This document shows, piece after piece, positions 28,491 to 43,700 of a stretch of 64,000 bases of DNA. Source of the stretch: Anaeramoeba ignava BMAN (Eukaryota > Protista > Anaeramoebae); contig JAPDFW010000059.1 in NCBI GenBank assembly GCA_028826165.1, positions 62,001 to 126,000 of the forward strand, written 5' to 3'. The notes under the pieces are model-generated. The model was given only the letters and a program-made list of their open reading frames with translations, had not been told where the DNA came from and searched no databases. The position numbers and the translations under genes were made by a program. Each line of letters opens with the position of its first letter. Positions within the stretch are counted from its first letter, which is position 1.

Positions 28491-30882
28491 ATGTCGTTTA
28501 AATACAAAAAAACGCGTTCAAAACGAAATAAACCAACACGAGAATATAAACCAAAAAAAAAAACAAAGAGACAAAAAAGAAAAATTGAAGAAATATTCAA
28601 AAGTTCAGAATCAGAAGAAGAAAAAAAACGAGAAGAAACTTCAGAAGAATATTCAGAATTATCTTCTGAACCTGAAGAAATTGAAACGTTAAGTGAATAC
28701 GAACCTGAATCAGAAACAGAAACAACAACAGAAATTTATGAATATTTTTCTGATGAACCAGAAGAAGAAAAATCAAAAGAAAAAGAAGAAGAAAAATCAG
28801 AAGAAAAATCAAAAGAAAAAGAAAAAGAAAAAGAAGAAGAAAAATCAAACAGAGAAATTGAAAATGAAGATTTAATTTCTCAAAATCAATATATTGATTC
28901 TATGATTAAAAAATCTCAAAATAAAGACCCTTTTACTTCAACTTCTGTTTTTTTTATTGGAACTGAACCTAATGAATATGATTCAATTTTTGATCATAAA
29001 TGGGACTTTGCTCATTTGAAAGACCAGATTTTTAAATCAGATGGTGCTTTATACAAAAAATCTGTTTTTCTTTTTGGGCAAACTGAACGTAAATAAAATT
29101 ATAAATTAAATAAAATTATAAATTAAAATTAAAATTAAAATCAAAATTAAAATTAAAATTAAAATTAAAATTAAAATTAAAATTAATATCAAAATTAAAA
29201 TTAAAAATAAAATTAAAATTAAAAAATAAAATTAAAATTAAAATTAAAATTAAAATTAAAATTAAAAATAAAATTAAAATTAAAATTAATATTAATTAAA
29301 ATTAAAATTAAAATTAAAATTAAAATTAAAATTAATAAAATTAAAATTAAAATTAAAATTAAAATTAAAATTAAAATTAAAATCAAAATTAAAATTAAAA
29401 TTAAAAATCAAAATTAAAATTAAAATTAAAATTAAAATTAAAATTGAAATTAAAATTAAAATTAAAATTGAAATTAAAATTAAAATTAAAATTAAAATTA
29501 TAAATTAAAATTAAAATTAATATTAAAATCAAAAATTAAAATAAAAATTAAAATTAAAATTAAAATTAAAATTAAAATTATTAAAATTAAAATTAAAATT
29601 AAAATTATTAAAATTAAAATTAAAATTAAAATTAAAATTGAAATTAAAATTAAAATTAAAATTAAAATTAAAATTAAAATTAAAATTAAAATTAAAATTA
29701 AAATTAAAATTAAAATTAAAATTAAAATTAAAATTAAAATTAAAATTAAAATTAAAATTAAAATTAAAATTAAAATTAAAATTAAAATTAAAATTAAAAT
29801 TAAAATTAAAATTAAAATCAAAATTAAAATTAAAATTCAAATATTTAGCACAACAACTTCAAGCTGGAAAAAACACATTTATTCCTGTTATAATTGCAAT
29901 TAATATTGAGTATCCACCATCAGAAACAGTAAAAATGGAATCTGTTCAAATGAAAACAGAAGATCGAAAAGAATTTACATTTCAACAATTAGGAATTGGA
30001 TGGACAACTTATAAAAACTATCCTAATATTCATTATCTTGATATTCACCGTCTTAGAATGAATAAATTCTTAAAATATTCTTCAGAATTTACTTATTGTG
30101 TTCCTTATATTCAAGAAGAATTACTTGGTAGAAAACCAATTATAGATAGAACTGTAAATGCTGAATTCGATTATAAAGGAAAGAAATATCAATATCAGTT
30201 TCAATGGGATTGGTATTTTAGTCGAGATGAAAAGAATAATGAAGTAGTTATCTTTTTAAAATTAAAATTAATATTTAAATTTAAATCAAAATTAAAATTA
30301 AAATTAAAATTAAAATTAAAATTAAAATTTAAATTTAAAATTTAATATTTAAAATTAAAATTAAGATTAAAATTAATATTTAAATTTAAATCAAAATCAA
30401 AATTAAAATTAAAAAATTAAAATTAAAATCAAAATTAATATTAAAAATCAAAATTAAAATTAAAATTAAAATTAAAATTAATATTTAAATTAAATTTAAA
30501 GATTATTGCAGATTCATTATTTGATGATATTGCTAAAAAACTTTCACTTGAAAAAGAAGATGCACTTAAAGATAAAATTTTTGAATCAGCAAAATTTTAT
30601 AAAAATGAAACAGTTGAAAGATTAAAAAAAGAAAGAAGTATTAGACAAGCAAAATTTGCAGAAATTCCACAAGAAAAAAAAGATGCATTTAAATCAATAA
30701 AATGTTATAAATTTTATCCACAAAATGAACCATTAATTGAAAGATGGAAAAGTACATTTATTAATAGAAATTATCCAAAAGCAATTCAAATTTTCCCACC
30801 AAAAGTTGTTGCTAATCGTTCACCATTCAAACCTATTCAAACAAATATGAATAATCCAGATATTTGGTTAAAGGATTTATAA
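28491..30882 (+). CDS. HEAT INTOLERANT 4 (HIT4)-like protein
   Basis: Exons 28491-29088, 29849-30243, 30502-30882. FIGTE..WDFAHL..G.LYKKSVFLFGQTEPQ, IPVIIA..PPSE..SVQ, YCVPY, YKFYP..FINRNYPKA, all matching plant HIT4 motifs as I recall them. Confidence 0.75.
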
Positions 30883-31728
30883 AATTAAAAAAGGAAATTA
30901 AATCAAACTAAATCAAACTGAAAAAGGAAATTAAATAAAAAATTAAAAAAAGGAAATTAAATCAAACTAAATCAAACTGAAAAAGGAAATTGAATTATAA
31001 AAGAAAATTAAATTAAATTAAAAAAGGAAATTAAATTGAATTAAATTATAAAAGGAAATTAAATTAAATTATAAAAGGAAATTAAATCAAATTAAATTGA
31101 ATTAAATTATAAAAGGAAATTAAATTAAATTATAAAAGGAAATTAAATCAAATTAAATTAAATTAAATTAAAAAAAGAAATTAAATTAAATTAAATTATA
31201 AAAGGAAATAAAAAAAAATTAAAAAAGGAAATTAAATTAAATTATAAAAGGAAATTGAATTGAATTAAAAAGGAAATTAAATTATTATAAAATTAAATTA
31301 AATTATAAAAGGAAATTGAATTGAATTAAAAAGGAAATTAAATTATAAAATTAAATTAAATTAAATTATAAAATTAAATTAAATTATAAAATTAAATTAA
31401 ATTATAAAAGAAAATTGAATTAAATTAAATTAAATTATAAAAGGAAATTAAATTAAAAAAGGAAATTAAATTAAATTAAATTAAATTAAATTAAAAAATT
31501 AAATTAAATTAAAAATTAAATTAAATTAAATTAAATTAAAAAGGAAATTAAATTAAATTAAATTAAATTAAATTAAATTATAAAAGGAAATTAAATTAAA
31601 ATTGAATTGAATTAAATTGAAAAAGAAAATTCTTGATTGATTGATTGATTGATTGATTTTCTTTAGATCAAATAAAAGAAAAATTAAAAATTAAAAATTT
31701 TAAAATTTGAATTCTGATTTTGTTTCTT

Positions 31729-34700
31729 TTAAACCCAAGCTTGAAAACCAACATACATTCGACCTAAAAGATTTGGATCAGTTGCTTGATCTAAAAGACA
31801 TTGAACTTGATCATGAACAGAAAGTTTAACTTTTTGAGAGATTTGAGCACGGAAATTGAAAGAAGGATCACCAAAAACAATATTTTTAATTTGGGGATAA
31901 AAGGGTTTATCAGTATGAACACTTGAATCAAGTTCTTGATTCATAATTTCTGAAGGATGATCACCATCAAGTTTTCTTTTGGCAATTTCGATTTTTTCCA
32001 AAGGAAACCAATTAGGTTTAGCAGAGATTTTCTTGTCTTTTTTAAGCTTTGAGATCTTATCAGCAAATTGATACCAATCAAGAAGAGGTTCTTTAAGGAA
32101 AATATCCATCACATTGAGAAGAATTTCTTGATTTTCTCGCAAAACACGAAGTGTATGAAGCATGGTTTGCTGGATGATCCCATTTGTCTCTAGAGGGCGA
32201 AAAAGATTCGTGAGTTGAGGAGTCATTCTGAACGGAACCAGCTCTGGAATAGGGATTAATTGAACGCCTGTGCCGAATGAGTATCCAAAATCAATTCCAA
32301 TAACGGATCCAGTTAAGTTGTCAACAAGAAAATTTTTCAAGTGGCGATCGCCAATTCCAAGTATGTATCCGGCAACGGAAAATGAGGACAAAGTGCGGGC
32401 AAATTGGGCCCGAATAGCAAGAAATGATTCTTTTGATTCTGAAAGTGAAATGATTGATTTGCGCATAAGATCCCATTTCAGATGATTCTGGATCCTCTTG
32501 AAGTTTTCAACAGTTTCTGTGCGATTGTCTGTCTTTGATAAAAGCTCCCAGTACATTTCCATTATGTTCTGGTTTTTTTTGGAGAACTTGAGCAACCAAT
32601 TCCGATACATTTCAACGCATTCATCAAAAACAAATTTTTGATTATTTTTTGGTTTGGGTGCTTTTTCTCCAACCATTGAATGGAAAGGCTTTGTGTTGTC
32701 CAGCCATTCGATCAATCCAACTCTTGGTGTAACTGGTACAACTTGGTAAGTTTGGATTTTAAGTCTTCTTTGACAACATATTGGGTCTGATTGCATAATT
32801 TGATTCATGACTGTAAATAATTGTTCTATTCTTTGATCAAGTCGTAGATCTTCTCCTCCTTTTACAAGAAATGGATATTCTTTTCCATCGTTTCCGTTGA
32901 TCACTAATCTTTTTGGAAGTCTTTAAAATTATTTTAAAAATCATTTTAAAAATTTGAAGGGATTATTTTAAGAATTAATTTTTTATTGCAAACCTTAATG
33001 ATTTCATAACTTGCAATGTTTCATTAAAGCTAACAATTTTGGAATGTTTTTCTATTTTTAGTTTTGATTTTAATTTTAATTTTATAAATGAATTTTAAAT
33101 TTAATTTTAAATTTAATTTTAATTTTAATTTTAATTTAAATTTTAATTTTATAAATGAATTTTGATTTTAATTTTAATTTTAATTTTAAATTTTGAATTT
33201 AAATTTAATTTTAATTTTAATTTTATAAATGAATTTTAATTTTAAATTACTAGGATCAGGAATAGATTGCCCATTATATTGACCAGGAATTTCAATATAA
33301 TATTCCACACTAAAACTAGATTGCTTAAAATTAGATAACCATAAACTATACTCTCTTAAAGTTCTATGAGATGTATTCTTAAGTTTTTCATATTCACTCA
33401 CCATCTCTTTAAAAATTTGTTTCCTTTTTCTCTTAAACGAAGAAAGCGAAATTTTCTCAAGAAGAAGCTTTCCATTTTTGCCAAAAATATTTGTGAATAA
33501 TGTGTTCCAATGAGCAAAATTGTTTCTCCAATCACCATTTTCTTTTTGGTCGAAAACAAACAAATTAGAAATCAAATGTTTGATTTTTTCTTTAATAAAA
33601 GAATGATTTGATTTGGAATCATATTTGCCAATTTGTCGCTCAATTTCGTCCATATAATCACTAAAAACCAAGTGTGGTTCCGTCAAAAGCTCTAGATGGT
33701 GAGTGAATTTCTCAAGAAGAGGGTTTGATAAGAAGCCAGAAAGACGACTATTGATCATTTGCTTTGTGTTGAAATCATAACTTTGTTGACTGATTTGAAG
33801 TGGGAAATACAAGCACTGCGGATAATCTTTGGCAATGCGTGAAATTATATCCAGAATCATCGGTCCTTCACGTTTATTTAAAACAGCCACCATTTGGGAT
33901 ATCCATTTCGTAAACATCCAACTTGGGATTTCTTGTGTTTTTGCTGAAAATAATTGTGAAATTACTTTTGATTCAACATGATTTCCAACAAGTTCTAAAA
34001 CTCGAGGGAATCGATCGATTGCTTTTGTTGATGAGAGCTCAATCGACTTCAGAATGTTCTGCACAATCTCTTTGATGTAGTCGATTTTATTAATCTGGAA
34101 ATCTCCCGTTTTGTTTTGTTCCACTTTTTCATATTCACGGAGAATTTGATCGCAAAATAAAGCAAATGTTAAATGGTAATGTGCAAGTCTCTTCGCGCTA
34201 TTTTTAGTGTTGTCAGTTTCTTGTGTTTTCACAGATTGCTGGAAAGAATTGGTTCCTTTTTGTACCAATAATTGGGTAATTCTGCGATAGTTTGCTTGAT
34301 CAAATTCTTTTTCTTTTTCTTTTTCTTTTAATTTCTCAGTTTCTTTTTCTTTTTCTTTTTCTTTTTCTTTTTCTTGGCTTGAAATGCGCAAATATCGCGA
34401 ACAAATCTCACAGTTTTTCTTATCGGAAAATATCAAGTTCAGTATATCGTGAACTGTTAATCCTTCATAATATTGTAATTTTGAGTAAAAGGCATCGTTT
34501 TCTCGGAAAATTTGCTGTTCTTTTGATTTGTGAATCATTTGCAAAAGACCCAATAATTTCCCGATTGTTTTTTCCACATCTTCGCCTGATTTCTGTTTGG
34601 CTTTCAATCGTTTCAACTTGATTTCCGAAACAAGAACAAATTTTCTTGTTTCAACATCAATACTTGGTACAAAAGAGTCGCATTCAAATGGAAACTGCAT

Positions 34701-37700
34701 TGAACCAACTTTATTGATAGCATTTTTAGCAACAACAAAATTCGATTGCTGAATAGAGTATCTTGCAAGTTGTTGCATATCGTTCTGATAAGACATGAAC
34801 AAGATCTGCGAAATTTTACTAAGAGAATCTTGCGGTTGTTTTTTTTCAATAAGATCGCTCGAATCATCTAACTGAAATATTGAATATTCTGTTACAAAAT
34901 AACTGCGGCTCACATCGCTATCACTTAGACTCAAACTTTCAACTTCTGTTTCTGTTTGGTTCTCTTCTGTTTCAAATGTCTCGTTTTCGGAAATTTTTTG
35001 GAATATCGAATAAATTTGTTCATAAAATAATTTTCTTTGAAAAAGAACTAAATCCCAAGTTACAACATCATCGAATTGTTCTGAAGGAAATCGTCTGCTC
35101 CATTTGCCTAGAACTTCCTTCAGCTTTCTCTTGCGATGCTCCTTCTTGATGCTGCCTCGAATCAGTGAGTTTGCAAGAAGAAGGAATTCTTGGATTTCGA
35201 TTATTCTTTGTAGTTGTTGAAGTTTATGATGTCTTCCAAATTGCGCAAGTGGATGGATGTTCGTCCAATCATGAATAAATCTTTCGTAGCTGAACATAAT
35301 CTTGCTTCTTGTCTTCTCGAAATTCCCCTGTTCAACATCAAGCAATGCAAGTTCTAAGGAATAAAATTTTTCGATAATTTTCATATTTTCTTGATTTAGA
35401 TCGTTTGCAAATAAAATTTCGGTTAATTTTTTCTTTTTGTCTTCGTTTCTTAAATGAGAAATTATGAAATATTTTAGCAATGAATCTTGGTATTTTGTGT
35501 CAAATAACTGATTCAAGTTTGTATTGAATTGACGATCCAAATCCGAAGAAACATCATCCCATTTCTGGAGTTTTGCCAAGCATTCGAGACGACTTAAGCT
35601 CCACATTTGGTCTTCATATAAATGGAGATTAATTTTCTGTGAGAGTTCTTTAGTAATTTGATTTTCATTAATTTGATTTTGATTTTCATTATTAATTTCA
35701 TTTTCATTATTAATTTGATTTTGATTTTCATTATTAATTTCATTTTCATTATTAATTTGAATTTGATTTTCATTTTGAAATTCAAGTGCTTTATTGTAAT
35801 TTTCTAAAGCTTTTTTATAATTCCCTTTCATTTGATCCCCTATAGCTTGCTTAGCAAATTTTGAAGTTGATATTTTCTCACTTAATCCAGTTACAACATC
35901 CTCTTCACCTAATAAAGAATACAAACGTGATAACTCAAGCCAAATTTTTTGAGGTTCCTTTTCATCGGATTTTTCTCCCGTTTTCTCAAATTCCATTGCT
36001 TCCATTTTCATGTTTAAAAGAGTGTTTTCATTTGCAAGAAAATTTTCAATCACCATAATTCCCGTTGAAAAATTGAAACTTTTATAGCTTGTTTCGCCAA
36101 TCAAATGAATATCGGGCGTCATTTCTGTCGAGCAAAATCCTAGGCTTTGAATACAAGCAATAAAAGGAGGCACAAACATCTTTGTTTTTTGCATCATTGA
36201 TGAAATTGCCTCTTTGATCTCGTTCACAAACGCTGATTTTTGATCAGTTTTTTTGAGTGTTTTGTAAATTCCTTTGAAAATGGATTGATAAAGTAGTCTT
36301 GCAATATCAGGATCTTGCGAAGAGAGAATTTCTAACGAATCAACCAATGTTTTCATTTTAATCTGGACATTTGGCAAGTTGGAATCAAATTTGTCTTGAT
36401 CATCCAATTGCATTTTTTGGTTGCGTTGCTGAGACTTCAATTTCTCAATGTATCTCTGCTTTTTTCTGGCTCTCTCACTTGATTTAGTTGCATAGAAATA
36501 CATTTCTCGTGATTTGGAAATTTTGCTGAAACGCCTGAATTTTCGCCAAAGTTCTGTTGATATTGAATCAAGTCGAGCAAGAAGAGAATCAGGATTCGGG
36601 ATTTTTTGGCCTGCATTTGATTGGTTAAGTTCTGATCCAAATGCGCCAATATATTTGGTCGTTTTCTCAACAGGATCAATTTCATATCCGAGACTGTATT
36701 TCCCAAAAATAAACGAACTCTCAAATTTAACAATGGATTTTGTTCTAAAAATTGATTTATCCATTTTCTCAATGTTTTTGGGGAATTTTGCAAGAGAATT
36801 CGTGAGTTTGCGATCTTGCAATTTTTCTGTTTTCTCATCATTTAATTGGCGAATTGGGGTTCTTTGTGATTGCAAGTTGATTGTCTTCATGTTGTTTGCA
36901 AAAAGGGCATCTGACGACAAAGTATCAAATTGAGTATCGCTTTGAGTGGAAATTTGCAATGTTGGTTCAATTAGTGTACTGGATTTTGGATCGGGGTTTT
37001 GAGGAAGAGTAGCATCCATATCTTGGGGAATAGTAAGTGATGTGATTGTTTCCGATTGATCATCTTGGTCCATTTGTTCCAATGTTTCTTGGCCATTTAC
37101 AAGCGTAGGCTCAAGATTTATTTGTGTTTGTGTTGTTGATGTTTCCATTGGAATTGTTTGTGAATATTGATTTTTTTCATTTTGTTCTAATGGAATTGTT
37201 TCATCATAAGAAATAGTATCATTATTATTATTATTTAACGGAATTGTCGAATCCTCATTTTTAGGAGGAATTGTTTTTGATAGAATACTTTTTCCCTTTG
37301 TTCTTTTTGTCGATGTTTCTGTTTCTGTTGATGTTGATTTTGTTGTTGTTGTTGTTGTTGTTAATGTTGATGATGATGAATCTAGATATTGGTTATGATC
37401 TTGTGTGATTGTTTTGGAATCAATAATCTCGGATTTTTCCAAAGAATTGAACATTGGCTTATGATACAAATTGGATCGTTTGATCAGTTTTAGCAGCAGT
37501 GCAGTGCTGTATCCTAGCCAATTCTCCTCAAGATCAGGCAAATACAGTTGATTTAATGTCTGAAGAATTCTCAAAGTTGGTTTCAAAGAAAGTCTGTGAG
37601 ATTCGTCCCAAAATTCCAACATTTTCTTTTGTATTTTGGGGTTTGGATCCTTTAATCCGTAAATCAAATACTTTTGGATCTCAATAATTAATTTTTGTTG

Positions 37701-40700
37701 GTTCTCGTTTGCTTTCATTCTTCGTAAATTAACATCTGTTTCGATGAGAAGATTCAAATAATCTTCTCGGCATTTTTGGTTATGATGAACGATGAAAATT
37801 TCGTGGAGTTTGGGAACCAAATCTTGGATATCTTGTTGAGGAATCCCGAAAATGATTTTATGAAGGATTTGCAGAATCAGAGATTGGATTCTTTGGTCTG
37901 AGTGAGAAAATAAATGGTTCAAATTGGGCTTAATTGTGTTGTATAAATTAGGGATGTTGTAAACACAAAGTAGGATAATTTCCAGAATTATAATTTTGAA
38001 TTCTCCGCTCACATTTGGTAGTAATTGAAGTAATTGGAATGAATATTGATGGAAAATTTTTATGTATCTTGGTCCTGATTTATAAATGCAGATCAAAAAT
38101 CTTTCATAATCCTTCTTTTCATAAATTTGATTCAATTTGATTTGGAATTTTTTAAAGAAATGAGAATCATCTTTATATTTTTATTAAGAAAATAAAAAAT
38201 AAGTATTTTTGAAATTTTTTTTTTTTTGTTAATATTATTTTTTACCATTTTTATAAAGATCACTAATTTCTTGAAGTAGCATTCCAATAACTTCAGAAGA
38301 ACAGCCAATAATTCCTTTATAAGGGAAGATTCAATGAATCAAATAAATTTGTGAAAATTAATTTATTTTGCTCGACTTGAGAGGAAAGATTGTTTCTCCA
38401 AATTTTAGATCCAATTAACAAACCCAATAAATTCAATCCAATGGTAATTTCCTTATTGTTTTCACTTTTCAAGTATTGTTGAACAATCGAGACATCTGGA
38501 ATGAGCCAATTGCTCCATCTTGTGAAAAACGCATGAATAATATCCAAATTGGAGTGTCTTATCAATGAATTATGATGGAATAAATTCTTGAGCAAGAAAT
38601 CAATAAATTGCCTTTGCAGTGTTGCGTTCTGTATCCTCAATCGGCAATATTTCCCATTTTAAAAGCACAGTGCATAAATCTCTGACAATATAATGGAAAC
38701 CCGAGCCACGACTGTTTTTCATTTGGAATTGCATTAAAGGAACAAACCAATGAGATGAATATTGGTGAAAAATTTGGTAGTTATTCAGAACCAATTTTGT
38801 AATGAACCATTTGACATTTTCTTTTGTTTTTGGATCGGTAAATTTAGAATGCATTTTTGCGACATATTCAGGAATCTTATTGAAATCCTGCGAGTTTTCG
38901 AAATCCAAAAGTTGGTTTGAATAGAAATTATTTTGCATAAAGTTGATCAATTTTCCAAAAGTTTCCATAATTGGATTTTGGTTGAGTTCGTCGAGATCAT
39001 ATTCACAAGATTCCACAGAGTCTTGTATTAGTAAATCAGACTGGATGTTGGCATCCATGGAAAGTTCTTGTGGATGATTGCTTTTGATCCTACGGAGATT
39101 TGGCTCTTGGTGGTCTTCTTCTTCCATTTGTGTTAGATCTTCGTATTCTTCATCATCATTTAAAATATTTCTTCTTTTCAATTTAGGGTCTGATTTGGGA
39201 TCTTTGGGAAATGATTGGTAGTCGGTTTCGTCAGAATCTTCTTTGTGAATGATCTTGAAATTTGTTTCTGGCTCAAAAACAAACGATTTCTTGCAATCAA
39301 CCAAATGTTCCCAGAGCTTTTTCTTTGGATCTTCTGAAGAAAAGAATAATTGAGTAAAAAGAGTCGAATCTTTTTGGGTTGTCATGAAAATTTGAGCCAA
39401 GAATTTAAAAGCGGAGCGATAGTATTGCTTTTTCATATCGCGTCCAATGGCTTTTCTGATTGTGTTTGACAAGGAAATTGAGTGAGCAAGATGGCCGATT
39501 TTGGATAGTTTTTTATTCATCTCGTTTCCTTTAAGATTTTTGCGGTTCTTGAAAAGAATGGGATTTAAATCACGATAGATTGCCTCGGATGAGCATTTTG
39601 AATAAAGAGCTTCAAGAACAGAAAACGCACAAATTTGCGTTCCGATTATTTGTTTGATTTGGGAAGTGTCATGTTTTTGGGGATCAATTTTGGCAGATAG
39701 AATTTTGACTAATTTTTTCAAGATTGGAGAAACAAGATCGATGGCTGATTTCTGGGAAATCTTCAGAATACATGGAACTAAAATCTCGAAAGTAACCTCC
39801 TTTTTGTGTTCCTGATTGATGTTGTTCTGGAAAAGCGTGTCTGAAAGAGAAAGGAATATTTGAGATGCGTTTTCATCGTTTGAGCTGCTTATCAAATCGG
39901 AAAATGCTTTTTGGATCTTGAGCTTGTAAGTTGATGACAGCTTCCTTAAAGAAAGAAGAGTGTGTACTGCTAATGGGGATTTGTAGAAAGAAAAGGAATT
40001 GAAGAGAGATCTGATGATGTTTGTTGTTGTAAGATGAATGTTTGCGAAATGTTTTGAATCTTGTGATTCTGTTGTTTTTTCTGTTGATATTTTGTTGATA
40101 AATTGCTGGATTTGTCCAGAAACATCCTGATACTCGGAAATTTTGTATTTCAAGAAGAAATTCAAACTGAAATCAATTGCCGAAGTTTTGAGGAGCATCT
40201 CCTCGTTTTCGGAAGAATCCCTAGACAGAATACGAATGATGATTTTCTTCAAATCCTGGAAATGCTGTGATTGAGGTTGCAATGTTCTGAGCGAAATTGT
40301 TTCAGATTTGGGATCATGCTGGATAAGAGGCGACTCAATAACCTGTTTTTGGGGATAGAGATTTTCGTTTTGCTCAATATCCATTTCAGATTCTGATTCT
40401 GATTCTGATTCTTGATTTTCGAAATTCGGATAATTTTTGGATCGGGAGATATGAAGGATGAAAATGGAATTCAGCAATTTGACGCAATTCTGGGGGAATT
40501 CTATCTGTTTATTCCGTGCCCATTTCTTTAAGTAATGGAGATTATTAAGGCAGGAGTTTGAGATGAAGTTGTCGTTGTTGGAATTTGTGGTGATGATATC
40601 AAGTAATAATGAGAACAATACTGGACTTGCGTTTTTGTTTTCAAAGAGAAAATGAGAGAACCAATCAAAGTTCTTGAAGACGTATTCACGCAGTTGCTTT

Positions 40701-43700
40701 TGGAAATAGTTGTACAATAATGCAGAGCGCGTTGTTGTATTGACGATGCTCTGGTCCTGCAAATAGGAAAGTAATTCGTTGTTAAAATCTCCAAGGCGCA
40801 AAAGTAATTCGACGATTTTTTGCATAAGAGTTATCTTTGTTGGAGACAGAAAATGGTGCTCCAACTCTGTAAGAATGAAATGGAATCCCTGGCCAAGATC
40901 CGTTTTCCATAAGAAGACAGGGAGAATGCCTGCCGAATGGAAGAAACAGAAGCCAGAAATAAGATGAACTAAATCAAAGGATTGCTTTTCGTTAAAAATG
41001 CGTTGGAAATCAAGAGAAAATTGCTTCTGGGAAAGCACTGAAGTCAGGGATTGGTCGAAAAAGGATTTGAGATTGCGATGCTCGCTTTGTTTGAAAATGC
41101 GGAGAAAGGATTGGCACATTTTACGAGTGTTTTTCTTGAGCTTTGAAACGAGAGAAGAATCATGAGTATCGATCCCGCAAGAATTTGGAAGCAAAATCAT
41201 CATGAAAAGCAACTGGAAAAAACGGAGCGTGAAAATATCGTTTGTTTTTGAGATGAACAGAGCAAGATCATCCTGGTAGCATAGGAAGAAATCAAAAACA
41301 AGAACGCAAACTAACGAAAGTTTTGAGCTGAGGGATTTTTGGATCGTGTTATTTTTAACAGAAACATCAGAAAGTTCAGCTTCGTTGACAGAAAGTAGAT
41401 CAATAATCTTGAAGTAGTTTTCAAACAGAATCTGTATCCAGTTGAGAAGTGCGGAGTTCACGGATAAATTGTAGACAAGATAGTGAGTCTTTTCAACAAG
41501 AGCGTTTTTGATGAGCCAAACATTTGCGTCCAAAGCACCTTCCAAGGCTCGGAGAAGCGGAAGTAAAGCTTGGGGAGATTCAAAAAAACTCTCAATTTTC
41601 TTGGCTTTTTTGCCAATTTTGGGTAGTTGGTTCTCAAAAGAAACTGCAAGATTTTCGGGTCGGACATTTTTCTCGATCCAAATTCTTGGCAGGTTATCTT
41701 CTCCCGAGCTACTCAGAACAAGAAACAGCTCTTGGCATTTTCTTCTACATTCCATCTCGGCAATACTCACATTGGCAAACAGCCATTCAGCAAGACTTGT
41801 TGTTGGATTTTCGCCTGTCAGGTCAACATTCTCGTAAGTGGATAATATTTGCCGATCGTTTGAAATAACTTTTGAAAGGAGATCGACAGCTTTTCCCGTT
41901 TCTAAAGCAACTTTAAGCTCGAGTGCTTCTGAATCGGCAAATTTTAAACTGAAAAGTAGTCCTGTCATCATGACTAAAGCATAACGGTTTAAAACGTTTG
42001 AATCCATTTTCATTTGCGGGATAATTCTCTGCAAAACCATTGCCCCGCCAAGACGTTTGAAGGGGTCTGTGTTTTGGATCAACGCCAAAATGCGTCGCAA
42101 AAGAGATTCCAAATGCGGAAGTATTGATGAGAATTTTTCCCCATTTTTTCCCTTTTTGACAGGTGAAGAAATGCTATTTTTGACAGTCCATTCGTAAAAT
42201 TCTGATAAAAAACCGGAAGACAAATCCCTAATTGAGCCGTTGGAGTCGTTGCACACACCGGCAATAATAGCGTCGAGAAGACACATTGTTTCCTTGCTTT
42301 CGTGAAGAGAGCTCTTTGTGAACCAATGGATCAGCTGTGAAACAAGTGAGCTGAACATTTTGCTTATTTCTAAATTATCATCCACACTTAGTCTTAATAT
42401 AATAGGGAAAATTTTTTGGTAAAGTTTCCAGAACTGCAGAGTCTCCCTTTGCATTGTTTGTGCAGAGGTCTTTGTTTGCGGATCGAAGCTATGGATGCCT
42501 ACCATATAGAGCACAATCCAATATAGTACCTGACAAGCAGCAAATTTAGCTTGTGGATCATAAGCTCGCTCTGACAGCTCAACAATTTTCCGCAAAAGTG
42601 GATCGAGAACAAAGACGAAGTTGCATTTGTTTAAAAGCACATCGAGCATCAAGCGCTGTTCGATGTCCCAAGCGATATATTTCTCAGAAACACCGGTCAG
42701 ATTTGTTTGGTGAATATCAAGTATGTTGACGTTTTTTCCTCCGAGTTTGCCAAGAAGTTTAAGTACTCTGAGTTGCAGATTCTCGATCTTCTCTGATTTG
42801 TCGAAAAAAATATCAGGACGCATTCGACGCAACTTGTTGATTTTTTTGTTACTTTTTGTTGCAAATTCATTTTCATCATCCTTGTCAAAAACCTGTTTTT
42901 TTGGAGCGAAATATTTACGTTTTCGCGGGAGTTGGAGTGAACTGAGATGAAGTAGCATGTCTTCGCTTTGTTTATATTGCCGAAGGAACCTTTCCAGGGA
43001 AGGCAAGATTGAGTTCAAAAAGGGATCAAGATTTTCTGGGATGCGTTCGAGCCAACTTTCTAGTGTTTTCAGCGCAATAGAAGCGGCATGTGGGTAATCT
43101 AGTCCGAGTTTGAATGTTGACAAGAGAACAGGTACAAATCTCCCAATGTCTATAAATGCGTCTGGCATCGAAAGAACTAAGAGCATGCATTTGTATAGCA
43201 GGGTATCTTTATAATGTTTTATTCTTGTTAGTAATTCTTCGAGGAATTTTGAGAATAAGTTGTATAGTTTGTCTGTGTTTATTTGTTCTTGTGATTCTGT
43301 TATTTCCATTTTATTTTTTTGATTTGATTTGATTTGGATGATTGAAGATTTTCTTTTTTGGATGAACATGAAGTGTTTGTGGCAGATTCTTTATAAATTT
43401 TAATTTTAAATTTTAATATAAATTTTAATTTTAATTTTTAAATTTAAATTTTAATTTTAATTTTTAAATTTAAATTTTAATTTTAATTTTTAAATTTAAA
43501 TTTTAATTTTAATTTTAATTTTAATTTTAATTTTAATTTTAATTTTAATTTTAATTTGATTTTAAATTTTAATTTTAATTTTAATTTGATTTAAATTTTA
43601 ATTTTAAATTGATTTTGTTATTCACCTCGTAATAATAGTCATCATCTCATAATAAGAACTAACAAGTGGATACCGCGATGAAAGAAATACAATCTTTTCA

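Noticed and set aside
32270-42950. Antisense and alternative-frame ORFs over DNA-PKcs (also over the FN3-repeat gene and PARP)
   Set aside because: Shadow ORFs of long coding exons with no recognisable motifs.
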